From Myxococcales bacterium (GTDB taxonomy: Bacteria; Myxococcota_A; Polyangia; Polyangiales; DASUME01), in contig JASGJH010000001.1 of assembly GCA_047601445.1 (NCBI GenBank), positions 2,304,001-2,368,000 on the forward strand: a stretch of 64,000 nucleotides of DNA, in the 5' to 3' direction. The notes beneath the pieces are model-generated. The model was given only the letters and a program-made list of their open reading frames with translations. It made no database searches and was not told the DNA's origin. The position numbers and the translations under genes were made by a program. Below are positions 7,611 to 17,693 of this stretch, piece by piece; positions within the stretch are counted from its first letter, which is position 1; every line of letters starts with the position of its first letter.

Positions 7611-9914
7611 ATGAAGCCCGCGCTGCTATTCGTGATCCTGAGCGTCCTCTCAGTGGCCTCCGTGGCCCACGGGCAGGTGCTGCAGGCCCCCATCGCAGGA
7701 CGCCCCATTCCGCTGGGCAATGCGGGCGTGGCGTGCGCGGCAGCGACGGGTGGCTGGAGCACGGAGCCGGGTTCGCGCATGGTGCGCCCGCCCGTGGATC
7801 CTCAGAGCGTCGGCACCTCGGTGGATCTCAAGGTCGCGGCCACGCTCGCCAGGTGCCCCACGAGCACGGCGCTGGTCACGTTGGTGGCGACCGCGCGCTG
7901 GCCGAGCTTCGAGACCTCCAACGTATGGTTCTACCCGGACGAGGGCCGCCTCGACGCGGAAGGACACGGTCTACTCGGTGTCTCGATTCGGCTGCGCGGC
8001 GCGGACCCAGGCTTGCCCGGCGACGCCTGTCGCGTGGTGACGCCCAGCGAGCGGCTCGAACAATGCTCCTGGGCCGTCGGCCGCGATGCCGCCGCCGACC
8101 CCTCCGCCGTGGCCTTCACGTGGCTGCCTGGGGGCGCGCGTAGCGACCCCAACGCGGTCACCTTCGACGCCAGTGGACGACGCGCCGACGGCGAGGTGTT
8201 TTCGTTGTCGCCGGCACGCGTGACCATCGCGCGCGTGTTCCCGCAGGGTGCCACCGTGGACCTCGCCACGGGCGTAGGCGAAGTCCCGCTGGTGCATCCC
8301 GACGCGGTCGCCGCAGCGGAGTGTTCGCCCCTGCCCTGCGAGTTCGCCAACAAGACGCTCACCGTGCGCGGTGCCACGAACCTCGTGAGCGCGCTCGACG
8401 TGCGCGTGCGCCTGCGCCCTCACGTGTTCCTGCAACACAACGAGGCCGTCGAGAGCGTGACCAGCGCGCGCCTCTCCGTACTGCATTGCCCGATGTCCAT
8501 CGTGTCCGGCGCGCCCGTGCGCGACAACGACGACGCCAAGATGGTGGTGAAGGTCGAGGGGCGCTGCGCGCGCGACTTGAGCTCGCTGCGCTTCTTCCGC
8601 GACCAAACGCCGCTGAAGATCCTGCGCAGCGTGAACGACCAGGACGCCAGCTACGTGCTCCTGCGACTCGGCGACATCGACGACGACGTGGTGCGCATCA
8701 CCGCCTTCCGCGGTGACCGAGACGCCATTGCGCTGGCCGTGGCCCAGGCCGCCACGCGCGCCGCGCCCCAGGTGCGCGCCACCTTGGAGCTGCCCGGCTA
8801 CCCGAACCTCAGCTTCATCCCCAACAATCGTCCCGCCTTCGTGCACGCCTCCTCGGCGGGAGAACACCAGCGCTTCGCGATCCTGCCCATCGATGGCATC
8901 TACACGGTGAGTTACGACAGCCAGGGCCGCGCCTCCGTGCGCGCGAACCCCAACGCAGCGGGCCTGTCCGAGCTGCGCTTCGGCCTGCGCACCGAGGGCC
9001 TCCCTGCCGGCCTCGACGACGTGGACCTCGCGGTGGTGCGCGATCCCCTGCAGCGCGGCACGGCCGAGGCCAACATCCCTGCCCCCATCGACGTCGAGCC
9101 CTCCGTGCGCCCTCCGCTCATCGAGGTCCTGTGCGGCGGCGGTGCGATGCCGCTGCATAGCTTGATCCCCGGCGTCACGGCACACCTCTCCTTCGATCTA
9201 CGCGACACCTGCCGCGTGGTGTTCCATCGCGAGCGCCTGTCCAGCGAGTACGGCACCCAAAGTCTGAACTTCGAGATCGACGTGATCCGCTCGGACGGCA
9301 GCGTGCGCGGCGACTCCCACGTGTCCGAGGTCATCAGCTTCCGGGCCGGCAGCGAGCCTCGCTTCGCCTTCATCCGCGGCATCCGCGATCCCTTCGATCG
9401 CCTGCAAGTGCGCGTATCCCACGTGGCCGACGAAAACCACTACATTGGTGCATCGGAAGTGCGCACGGGCGCGCCCGCGGCCCAATGGTCTGCCGTCATG
9501 GGTACCGGTCGACTGCGTCTCTACGGCACCACGACCATCCCCACCGGCCTCTACCGCTTCGGAGACCCGAGCCACAGCGGCGTGCTGTCACTCAACTTCG
9601 GCGTGCTGTCGCGTCTCACGTGGCTCGACCAGGATGGCAAGGAAGGCTTCCTGGGCGCGGAGATGGGCCTCCTGGTGGCCGGCCTGGCGAATTCGCGCAG
9701 CGAGACAGGACAGTCGCTGCAGCAAGTGGGCGCGGTGATCGGCCTGGGTGTGAGCGTTCCCATCGCGAACCGCTCGGCCGTGACGCAGGCTTCCATCAAC
9801 GTGCACGCCTGGTTCGAGACCGACCTTTCGCGCAACGTGGATACTGCCTCGGAGCGCTTCGCGTTCGTGTTCGGACCCAGTATCACTATCGGCAATGTGG
9901 GCGCGAATCTGTAA
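7611..9914 (+). CDS. Large secreted/outer-membrane hypothetical protein
   Basis: Signal peptide ending VAHG; beta-rich body with paired Cys; amphipathic beta strands at the C-terminus. Confidence 0.8.
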   Translation: MKPALLFVILSVLSVASVAHGQVLQAPIAGRPIPLGNAGVACAAATGGWSTEPGSRMVRPPVDPQSVGTSVDLKVAATLARCPTSTALVTLVATARWPSFETSNVWFYPDEGRLDAEGHGLLGVSIRLRGADPGLPGDACRVVTPSERLEQCSWAVGRDAAADPSAVAFTWLPGGARSDPNAVTFDASGRRADGEVFSLSPARVTIARVFPQGATVDLATGVGEVPLVHPDAVAAAECSPLPCEFANKTLTVRGATNLVSALDVRVRLRPHVFLQHNEAVESVTSARLSVLHCPMSIVSGAPVRDNDDAKMVVKVEGRCARDLSSLRFFRDQTPLKILRSVNDQDASYVLLRLGDIDDDVVRITAFRGDRDAIALAVAQAATRAAPQVRATLELPGYPNLSFIPNNRPAFVHASSAGEHQRFAILPIDGIYTVSYDSQGRASVRANPNAAGLSELRFGLRTEGLPAGLDDVDLAVVRDPLQRGTAEANIPAPIDVEPSVRPPLIEVLCGGGAMPLHSLIPGVTAHLSFDLRDTCRVVFHRERLSSEYGTQSLNFEIDVIRSDGSVRGDSHVSEVISFRAGSEPRFAFIRGIRDPFDRLQVRVSHVADENHYIGASEVRTGAPAAQWSAVMGTGRLRLYGTTTIPTGLYRFGDPSHSGVLSLNFGVLSRLTWLDQDGKEGFLGAEMGLLVAGLANSRSETGQSLQQVGAVIGLGVSVPIANRSAVTQASINVHAWFETDLSRNVDTASERFAFVFGPSITIGNVGANL

Positions 9915-9922
9915 GGGGGAGC

Positions 9923-11008
9923 ATGAAGATCTTCAAATGCTCTGCTTGCGGACAAACGCTGTTCTTCGAGAACGTCGTGTGCACCAAGTGCGGCCACACG
10001 CTGGCGTACCTGCCTGACCGACGCGTAGTGTCCGCGCTGGAGCTGGTGGAAGACGAAGACGCTCCGCAGCACTATCGCGCCTTGCTCGAGGGCGACGAAG
10101 AGCGCCTGTACCGCCTGTGTGAGAACAGCACCCAGTACGGCGTCTGCAACTGGGCCATCGAAGCCGGCGACGAGCACGCCCTGTGCCGCGCCTGCCGCCT
10201 CAACAGCATCATCCCCAACCTCTCGGAGCCCGCCGCCAAAGACGCCTGGATGCGGCTCGAGCGCGAGAAGCGTCACTTGCTGTACAGCCTCGATGAGCTG
10301 GGCCTGCTCGGCACGCCCGACGACGAGCAGGACGCTGAGTCCGCGCCGCGCCTGAGCTTCTCGTTCATGGGTGACGACCCGACGCAGCACATCGTCACGG
10401 GTCACCAGGCGGGTCACATCACCATCAACATCGCCGAGGCCGACGATGCCGCCCGCGAGCGCATCCGCAAGGAGCTCGGGGAGCCCTACCGCACGGTGCT
10501 CGGACATTTTCGCCACGAGAGCGGCCACTACTACTGGGAGAGGCTCATCAAGGACAGCGACCTGCACGAGCCCTTCCGCGCCATGTTCGGCGACGAGACG
10601 CTCGACTACGCTGCGGCCTCCCGGAACTACTACGCACAGGGCGCACCGTCAGACTGGTGGTCGTCGTTCGTGAGCGCCTACGCGTCGATGCACCCGTGGG
10701 AAGATTGGGCCGAGACCTGGGCCCACTACCTCCACATGGTGGACACGCTCGAGACGGCGCGCAGCTTCGGTTTGGTGATACGGCCTCAGCCCGTGGGAGG
10801 CACACCCGCGCGCCCGCTCGCAGCCCGCTCGGTGCAGTTCGAAGCCTTCGATCAGCTGATCAAGGCCTGGGTCGGACTCACGGTAGCCCTCAACACCCTC
10901 AACCGCAGCATGGGCCTACCCGACGTGTATCCGTTCGTGCTCAGCGAGCGAGCTATCGAGAAGCTGCGCTTCGTGCACGACACCATCGAGCGCCGCGTAC
11001 GGGCCTGA
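9923..11008 (+). CDS. Zinc-ribbon plus putative zinc-binding metallopeptidase (DUF2248-like)
   Basis: MKIFKCSACG...CTKCG zinc ribbon; HFRHESGHY (HExxH); HPWEDWAETWAHYLH; AAGGGGG RBS. Confidence 0.88.
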   Translation: MKIFKCSACGQTLFFENVVCTKCGHTLAYLPDRRVVSALELVEDEDAPQHYRALLEGDEERLYRLCENSTQYGVCNWAIEAGDEHALCRACRLNSIIPNLSEPAAKDAWMRLEREKRHLLYSLDELGLLGTPDDEQDAESAPRLSFSFMGDDPTQHIVTGHQAGHITINIAEADDAARERIRKELGEPYRTVLGHFRHESGHYYWERLIKDSDLHEPFRAMFGDETLDYAAASRNYYAQGAPSDWWSSFVSAYASMHPWEDWAETWAHYLHMVDTLETARSFGLVIRPQPVGGTPARPLAARSVQFEAFDQLIKAWVGLTVALNTLNRSMGLPDVYPFVLSERAIEKLRFVHDTIERRVRA

Positions 11009-11095
11009 CCCAGAACCCGCCTGACCGATCATCGGGCGGTCTTGCGATCTCAGGCAGCGAGCAACGCCTCGCGCCAAAGCGTGGACTCCGGTTGC

Positions 11096-12188
11096 TCAGT
11101 AGGCGGCGTTGCGCACGTCGGCGCAATCGGCGTCGTCGTCGAGCCGCACCACCGTCCAGTTCGTGCTCTCGACGGTCCACTTGGGCAGGTTCTCGTCGAG
11201 GAACGTGGCCTGGCTGGTGCTGAACGTGTCGTTGCTACCGCACACGTCGCCCGAGTCCTGGATGCAGCTGGCGGCGCGCGTCTGCACCAAGGTGCCGGGC
11301 CCCTTGCCCTCGAAGCGATCACAGGTGTCGAGCGTGCCATCGAACATGGACGTGACGCGAATGCCGAGCATCAGCTGGCGCGCGCGCACGACGGTCGGAA
11401 ACACGGCCACGGGCGGCCAGCTGTAGGGCGCGCTGTTGACCGCATCCACGGTGAGTCCCGGGGATCCGTCGTCGTCGTGGTCCGGGTAGGTGAGCTGCGT
11501 GTCCTTGCGACTCTCGGGCCAGGTGCCCGTCGGGTCCGGCAGATCCACCCCCAGCAGCGCGTGGAGCATGTCGCTCTTCAAGGCGCAGCCGGGTTCGAGA
11601 CAATCGACCTCGATGGGCAGCTCCCACTCCGGCATCGTGTCTGCGTCCCAGAGCTCCTCGGGGAAGCGCACGGCGTAGAGCTCTCCCATGGTGCTCGACG
11701 AGAAGTCGGGCGTCTCCGTGGAGCAGGCACGAACGTGCCCGCGGTAACCCGCGCCATTGCGCTCGACCACGAGGCGCGTAGTGATGCGCAACTTGCCGCG
11801 GCCCGGATTCGAGCACGGGCACCACGATGATGCTGGTGCCCTTCCAGCTGACGTCGATGTCTGCCTGCATGCCGTAGGTACCCGTGACGTCGCAGCGGCC
11901 ATCGTCGGGTGCGCCATCCCCCTTGGAGTCGCCATCGCCGGCGTCCGGCGCAGTCTCCTCGTCGTCACCGTCCCCCCGCGTACCGTCTCCATCTCCATCG
12001 CCGTCGCCACCAGCCGAGCTCGTGGTCAGGCCGAGTCCTCCGGTTACGGCATTGCAGCCGGCCAGGACTGCACACACGAGCAGCGCGGAGCGACGAGGCA
12101 ACGCAATGCACCGACGAGAAGCTATGGCAGTCAAGATTGGTGTCACTCGAGGCAACCTATCGGAAACTACAAGTAGTGAATGCGCCAC
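11096..12188 (-). pseudogene. Cys-containing lipoprotein with GD linker, interrupted by an apparent +1 frameshift near 11802-11809 (possibly a sequencing error)
   Basis: The N-terminal frame (VLAGC lipobox, GDGDGDG, CDVTGTY...VVPVLE) switches to another frame (GRGKLRITT...DHDDDGSPG...CADVRNAAY). Start is uncertain. Confidence 0.7.
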
Positions 12189-12299
12189 CCCGAATCAACA
12201 CGCAACGCGGAGCCTGCGAGGTAGGTCGCGCGTTTGTTGGGGGTTACCAGGGGTAAAATGTGCTCGATGGGACCAAATGTGTGTGCGAGCATACGTCTC

Positions 12300-13064
12300 A
12301 TGAGATCCCTTGACTTGAGCTCCTACTTCGTTCGCTCGCGCGCCCGAAGCCGCGCGTCGACCCTCTTGAGCGTGCTGTGCCTCGTCGTGCTCTCGTCGTC
12401 AGCGGCCCACGCCGGCGGCCGTGGCCAGTGGCAGTGGCTCGAGGAGAAGCGCGGCATTCAGTTGTGGGCGCTCGAGGTCCCGGGCCAGTCCCTGCCGGGC
12501 TTCCGGGGGAACACGAAGATCAAGGGTTCCATCGCCCAGATCGCGAGCGAAATGCTCGATGCCCCGCATCACACGGAGTGGATGCACCGCTGCGCCGAGT
12601 CATGGGTCTACCAGCGAACCAGCGAGACCCGCGGCGTGCTCTACAACCGCACTTCGTCCGCCCCATGGCCCGTGTGGGATCGGGACGTGGTGCTCGACGT
12701 TCAGTTCGACTACGCGCCCGATCAGAAGGCGCTCACGGTCCGCTTCAAGAACCTGGACAACCTGCTGCGGCCCGTGCCCGAGCGCGTGGTGCGCATGCCC
12801 AAGCTGGCGGGCTTCTACAAGATGGTGCAGGTGGAGCCCAACCTCACCAATGTGACCTACCAGGTCGAGGTGGACGTCGGCGGCAGCATCCCGGACTGGA
12901 TCGCCGAAGAAGTCGCGAAGGATCTGCCCTACTACACCCTGCTGAGTCTGCGTGAACGCGTGGAGGGCATCGCCGAAGAGGTCCCTGCGCTGCCGGTGGT
13001 GCCCGCGGTCGCCGTGGAGCTGCCGCCGAAGCACGCGCAGGACTTGCAGGCAGCTAACAACTGA
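12300..13064 (+). CDS. Secreted START-domain (lipid-binding) protein
   Basis: Signal peptide ending AAHA; WQWLEEKRGIQLW, APWPVWDRDVV and VDVGGSIPDWI are START motifs. Confidence 0.85.
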   Translation: MRSLDLSSYFVRSRARSRASTLLSVLCLVVLSSSAAHAGGRGQWQWLEEKRGIQLWALEVPGQSLPGFRGNTKIKGSIAQIASEMLDAPHHTEWMHRCAESWVYQRTSETRGVLYNRTSSAPWPVWDRDVVLDVQFDYAPDQKALTVRFKNLDNLLRPVPERVVRMPKLAGFYKMVQVEPNLTNVTYQVEVDVGGSIPDWIAEEVAKDLPYYTLLSLRERVEGIAEEVPALPVVPAVAVELPPKHAQDLQAANN

Positions 13065-13116
13065 GCGCGCTGGGGACAGCGCGACCGCGGCCTGTCGAGG
13101 CTCCGCGCAAAGGCGC

Positions 13117-14685
13117 TCAGCGCGAGAGCTGGATGTCGAGCGGTGCGGCGGCGGGCGCGGGCTGCGGGGTCGTCGAGCTCGGACGTGCGACGGGTCGAGC
13201 AGGCTTGCGACGACGGGCGGCTGGACGTTCGGACGTGACGTCGTCGGGGGCCGCGGCGGGCGCGTTCGTCGGTGGCTCAGCGACGGGTAGCGCGGGCGCA
13301 GGCGCGGCCACAGGCGCCGCGGGGACGGGCGCGCTGGCCGCAGCGGGAGCGGGAGCTTGCGGCGCCGCGGCGGACGCGCTCGGGGATTCGCTCTTGGGAG
13401 CAGGCTGCGCGATGGGCGCTGTGCCCTGACCGAACTCTAGCCACGCGATCAGCGCACCCAGCCCGATGACGAGGGCCAAGGCCCCCCACAGCCAACGCTC
13501 GCGTGCGGCGGGCTTGGACTCGGTGCGCTGGGTGCTCTCGTTGGACTGGAGCGCCTGCCCCATCTCCTTGCGGATGCGCACGCCCGAGCTGGTGTCACGG
13601 GGCACCGTGGCCTTGGCCCGATCGAAGGCCTCCACGGGCATCGTGTTGGCCGACAGGCGCTCGTGCAGCAAAGCATCCTTCTGCGAGAGCGAGCTCTGGG
13701 GCACCGCGTTGTCGTGGAAGTCGCGCTCGTAGGTAAAGCGCGTGCGCTCGCTGGCAAAGGGCAACAGGGCGCGTCCGAACGCGGCCATCGACTCGAAGCG
13801 CTCCCAGGGATTGCGCGCCATCGCGCGGTGGACGATGGCCTCGAGCTCCGCGGGCACTTCGGGCGCGGCGCTGCGCAGGGGCTTGAAGTGCCCCTGATCG
13901 ATCAAGTGCATCAGCTCGAGCAACGACTCCGCGTCATAGGGACGCGCGCCGCTCAAGCTCTGGTAGAGCAGAATGCCCAGCGCGTACTGATCGGTGCGGC
14001 CATCGAGGGTCGCTGCACCCCGCGCCTGCTCCGGGGACATGTAGTGGGGGGTGCCGGTGACTGTGTGCAAGGGCGGCGCGTTGGAGCCGAGTGCACCAAG
14101 GTCCTTGGAGACACCGAAGTCGACCAGCTTGGGCACGACCTCGCCGTGGTTATCGCGCGCCAGGAAGATGTTCTCTGGCTTGATGTCGCGATGGACGATG
14201 CCCAGACGGTGGACGGCGCACAGCCCGGAAGCGATAGGCACCACGATATCCGCGACCACGGCAGGCTCGAGGCTTCCGCGGTCGAGCAGGCTCGCCACGT
14301 CTTCACCCTCGAGGAACTCCATCACCAGGTACGGCATGCCGCGTTCGACACCCACATCTGTGATATCCACCACGTTCGGATGTCGGATGCGGGCCACCGT
14401 CTCGGCTTCACGCAGGAAGCGGTCACGGGCGGCCTCGGCGCGGCTCAGGTTGGCGTGCAGGGCCTTGAGCGCGACCCGCTTCTTGAGCAGCGTGTGAGTC
14501 GCCTCAAAGACCGCGCCCATGCCGCCAACACCGATACAACGCGTAATTTCGTAGCGCGCAAAGGTGCTGCCCGGCGCCAGCGGGATGTGGGTGCCGGTGG
14601 TATCCACGTCGTGCGCGCGCGAGTCGGCCGCGCCGTCGTTCGACGTGGCGGGAGCTCTGCGGTGTTGGGCGCTTTCCTGAGTCAT
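13117..14685 (-). CDS. Membrane-anchored Ser/Thr protein kinase (Pkn2 type)
   Basis: IGVGGMGAV, VALK, HRDIKPEN, DFG and YMSPEQ motifs; TM WLWGALALVIGLGALIAWL; Pro/Ala tail ending LDIQLSR. Confidence 0.95.
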   Translation of the reverse strand: MTQESAQHRRAPATSNDGAADSRAHDVDTTGTHIPLAPGSTFARYEITRCIGVGGMGAVFEATHTLLKKRVALKALHANLSRAEAARDRFLREAETVARIRHPNVVDITDVGVERGMPYLVMEFLEGEDVASLLDRGSLEPAVVADIVVPIASGLCAVHRLGIVHRDIKPENIFLARDNHGEVVPKLVDFGVSKDLGALGSNAPPLHTVTGTPHYMSPEQARGAATLDGRTDQYALGILLYQSLSGARPYDAESLLELMHLIDQGHFKPLRSAAPEVPAELEAIVHRAMARNPWERFESMAAFGRALLPFASERTRFTYERDFHDNAVPQSSLSQKDALLHERLSANTMPVEAFDRAKATVPRDTSSGVRIRKEMGQALQSNESTQRTESKPAARERWLWGALALVIGLGALIAWLEFGQGTAPIAQPAPKSESPSASAAAPQAPAPAAASAPVPAAPVAAPAPALPVAEPPTNAPAAAPDDVTSERPAARRRKPARPVARPSSTTPQPAPAAAPLDIQLSR

Positions 14686-14769
14686 GCCATCGGTGCGCGG
14701 AGGCACTCGTTACGAATGTTGCTCCGTCTTACTGAAGAAATCCAGGCCCGCAGGCGCACATGCGCCAGC

Positions 14770-17688
14770 TCAAATTCGTAGGCTCAAGCTAGCCAACAGG
14801 CTGCGACCCGGTTGAGGCATGGTGGTCGTCACGAAGGTGGGATCGGTCGGTAAAGCCAGTCGCCAATCGAACAAATTGTAGAGGCCGAGCGCGTACTCGA
14901 GGCCATAGCGCGGCGCTTCTCCGCTCAAGACCAGATCCGAGATGACCGCCGGATCGGTGAAACGATCGACGTGATCCGGGAGCCGGCGTGGCGCTTCCAA
15001 GGTAGTGCGAAGCGCTACACGAAAGCCTCCACCCAGGGGAGCGACGCCGCGCACGGAGGCGGCATGGGCCGGCACGTTCGCCACCGAGCCTCCGCCGTTG
15101 GTGTAACGCGCGAATAGGTAGGTGTAGTTAGCCGCGAACATCCAGCCGGCCGCGAACTCACGGCGCACTTCCATGTCGCCACCCAGCGCATAGAGGGCGT
15201 TCGTGCGGTTCTTGTAGCGCACGACGTCGCCCTCGTCGTCGGCCTCGGGCGCGATCGCGGTCTGCTCGATCAAGGCTTCGGCGTACTGAGCATGACCGGC
15301 GGTGATCAGGGACCAACCATCGACGAAGCGGTGCGCGTACTCGAGCTCGCCGGACCACACCAATTCGGGCATCAGCTTGTAGCCGCGATAGTTGCTGGGA
15401 ACCTGGGTCACGCCGCCGTCGTTGTACTTGAGCTCGTAGATGCTCGGCGCGCGGAAGGCCCGGCCTCCCATCAGCTTGAGGTTATCGCGCTCGCTCAACC
15501 TGAATAGCAGCGCCAGACGGGGATTCACCGTGGCGCCGAAGGTGCTCCAGCTATCCACGCGTCCGCCTGCCGAGGCGGTCAACCAGCGCGCGACGTGCCA
15601 CTCGGCCAGCACGTACCCTGCGTACAACTGGTAGGGCGTGTTGACCTTCAAATAGCTCTCGCGCGCGCCGTTCACGATGGACGTGCCGCGCAGCGACGCG
15701 CTGGTGCTCGCCGAGACTTCGGCGCCGAACGCCAGCTTCAACTGTGGCGTGAGCTCCGCCGCAAGGCGCGCCTCGGCGCCGAACCAGCGGCCCACGTAGC
15801 GTTCGTCCGCCACGAAGGTGCCGGGGTCAGGATCGTTCGGATAGACCTGCTTGGACCGGTAATCATAGGTGTTGCCGTAGGCGCGCGTGAACAGCTGCAG
15901 ACGCCGGCCGATGCGCGGCTCGAAGCGCACCTCGAGCATGCCGCGCGTGTCCTGCAGATCATTCGGTTTGGCACCGACCACGGCGCCGTAGGCTCCATTG
16001 GGCAAGAACTGCTTACGCGTGGTGAGCAAGCCCTGGAACGTGAACGCGCCGTAGGTCATGCGGGCATTGCCAGTAGCCGCATCGAACGCGCGCAGGCCGC
16101 TGATGGCGGTGGGCAACGGTTGGGTGGGCAAGATGGCATCTTCACCGCCGCCTCGCGCCGCGGACGCCGACAAGCGGAGCCCGCCCTTCGTACCGAACGG
16201 CACGGCTCCCGCCACACGACCGCGAGCGGTGCTCTTGTCCTGCGCCGCTACCTGCAACTCGGCCCCAGGACGCTCGGGCCTGCCGCGCGGGATGAGGTTC
16301 ACCACGCCGCTCACGGCGCCCGTGCCGTACAGCACGGAGCCCGGACCGCGCACCAACTCGATGCCCGCCACGTCTCCCAGGTCGACGCGACCGTCGTAGC
16401 CCACGAAGGACTGCCAGAGGATGTTGTCGTTGAGGGTGGCGCCGTCGGACAGCACCAACATGCGGTTGCCGTAGTCGCCGGGCTGGCCGAGACCACGCAG
16501 CGCGATGCCGGCATACACGCCGTCGTTCGACAGGGTGACGCCGCGCTGACCGCGCAGAGCCTCGTAGATGGTGGGATAGCGAAAGGCCGCGAGCTCCTGC
16601 TGCGAGATCACCGAGACCGACGCGGGCGCCTCGTCGATGGATTGGGTGGAGCGCGCGGCGGCCGTGACCTTCCGGCTCGGACTGAGCGCGACCTCCTTCA
16701 GCTCGGCGGGCACCCCCTGCTGCACGAACACGTGGTGCTCGGCGGGCTCGAAGCCAGGAGCCGACACCCGAACGACGCGCTCACCGACCGCAATGTTGCG
16801 TACCACGCTCGGAGTGAAGCCTACGGATACCCCATCGATCTGGATCAGGGCCTCGCGCTCCACGGAGGTGACCAGCACCGACCCCGTGAGCGGACTGGCC
16901 TCGACGTGGACCTGGGAGCTCTGGTTGGCGCGCACGTGCACTTGAGCCGGCGGCGTCTGATAGCCCTCGCGCCGGAAGTGCAACATATGCGTCCCAGGCG
17001 GCAGCTGCAGCGCGCAGGGAGTCGTGCAGGCCGGTGGTCCCTCGACCGTCTCGCTCCACACCTGGGTGGGTGCCTCGGCGCGAACCTCCACGGCGCCCAC
17101 GATGCGCTTGAGCTGAAAACCGAGCTGCATGCGTGACCCGCGTTCCAAGCTCAGCTCCTCGGACTGGGCCGCTTCATAGCCCGCGAGCTCGACCAAGATG
17201 CGGTGCTTGCCGGGCGGCAACGCGAGGCGTGCCGGCGACACCGCCACGCTGCCGAGGTTGCGCCGATCCATGAACACCGTGGCGCCCGCGGGATCCGTCG
17301 TGAGTTCCACCACGGCCACCTCGCGCTCGATGGCGGCCAAGGTCTCCTGCAGTTGCGCGCGCAGCGTGGGCTCGATGTCGCCCTCCAGGGCTGCCTCGCA
17401 CCAGCGATAGGCTTCCGGATACTGCCCGAGACGCTGGAACGCACGCGCCACGTTGAAGCGCACGTAGTGGTTCGGCGCGAGCCGGTTGGACGCCAGGAAA
17501 TAGGCCAGCGCCCCGCGGTAATCGCCCGCCTGATAGCGCTCGGCGCCCAGACGGAAGTTCACTTCAGCCTCGTCGGCTACGCCATCCGCGCGCGCTGCCC
17601 GCGGCGACGGACACCACAGCAACGCGAGCGCCAACGCGAATCGTATCCACGGTGCGCCCCCGAGCGCACGTCCCCAAGTACGCACCAT
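14770..17688 (-). CDS. TonB-dependent receptor with N-terminal TPR and about three PEGA domains
   Basis: Signal peptide; TPR (ERYQAGDYRGALAYFLAS...RFNVARAFQRLG); PEGA repeats (TDPAGATVFMD...PPGKHRILVELAGY); plug motifs APASVSVIS and IELVRGPGSVLYG; barrel ending PGRSLLASLSLRI. Confidence 0.9.
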   Translation of the reverse strand: MVRTWGRALGGAPWIRFALALALLWCPSPRAARADGVADEAEVNFRLGAERYQAGDYRGALAYFLASNRLAPNHYVRFNVARAFQRLGQYPEAYRWCEAALEGDIEPTLRAQLQETLAAIEREVAVVELTTDPAGATVFMDRRNLGSVAVSPARLALPPGKHRILVELAGYEAAQSEELSLERGSRMQLGFQLKRIVGAVEVRAEAPTQVWSETVEGPPACTTPCALQLPPGTHMLHFRREGYQTPPAQVHVRANQSSQVHVEASPLTGSVLVTSVEREALIQIDGVSVGFTPSVVRNIAVGERVVRVSAPGFEPAEHHVFVQQGVPAELKEVALSPSRKVTAAARSTQSIDEAPASVSVISQQELAAFRYPTIYEALRGQRGVTLSNDGVYAGIALRGLGQPGDYGNRMLVLSDGATLNDNILWQSFVGYDGRVDLGDVAGIELVRGPGSVLYGTGAVSGVVNLIPRGRPERPGAELQVAAQDKSTARGRVAGAVPFGTKGGLRLSASAARGGGEDAILPTQPLPTAISGLRAFDAATGNARMTYGAFTFQGLLTTRKQFLPNGAYGAVVGAKPNDLQDTRGMLEVRFEPRIGRRLQLFTRAYGNTYDYRSKQVYPNDPDPGTFVADERYVGRWFGAEARLAAELTPQLKLAFGAEVSASTSASLRGTSIVNGARESYLKVNTPYQLYAGYVLAEWHVARWLTASAGGRVDSWSTFGATVNPRLALLFRLSERDNLKLMGGRAFRAPSIYELKYNDGGVTQVPSNYRGYKLMPELVWSGELEYAHRFVDGWSLITAGHAQYAEALIEQTAIAPEADDEGDVVRYKNRTNALYALGGDMEVRREFAAGWMFAANYTYLFARYTNGGGSVANVPAHAASVRGVAPLGGGFRVALRTTLEAPRRLPDHVDRFTDPAVISDLVLSGEAPRYGLEYALGLYNLFDWRLALPTDPTFVTTTMPQPGRSLLASLSLRI

Positions 17689-17693
17689 GCAGA

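Noticed and set aside
9485..9922. N-terminal extension of the Zn peptidase ORF
   Set aside because: It overlaps the upstream gene; the RBS and zinc ribbon place the start at 9923.
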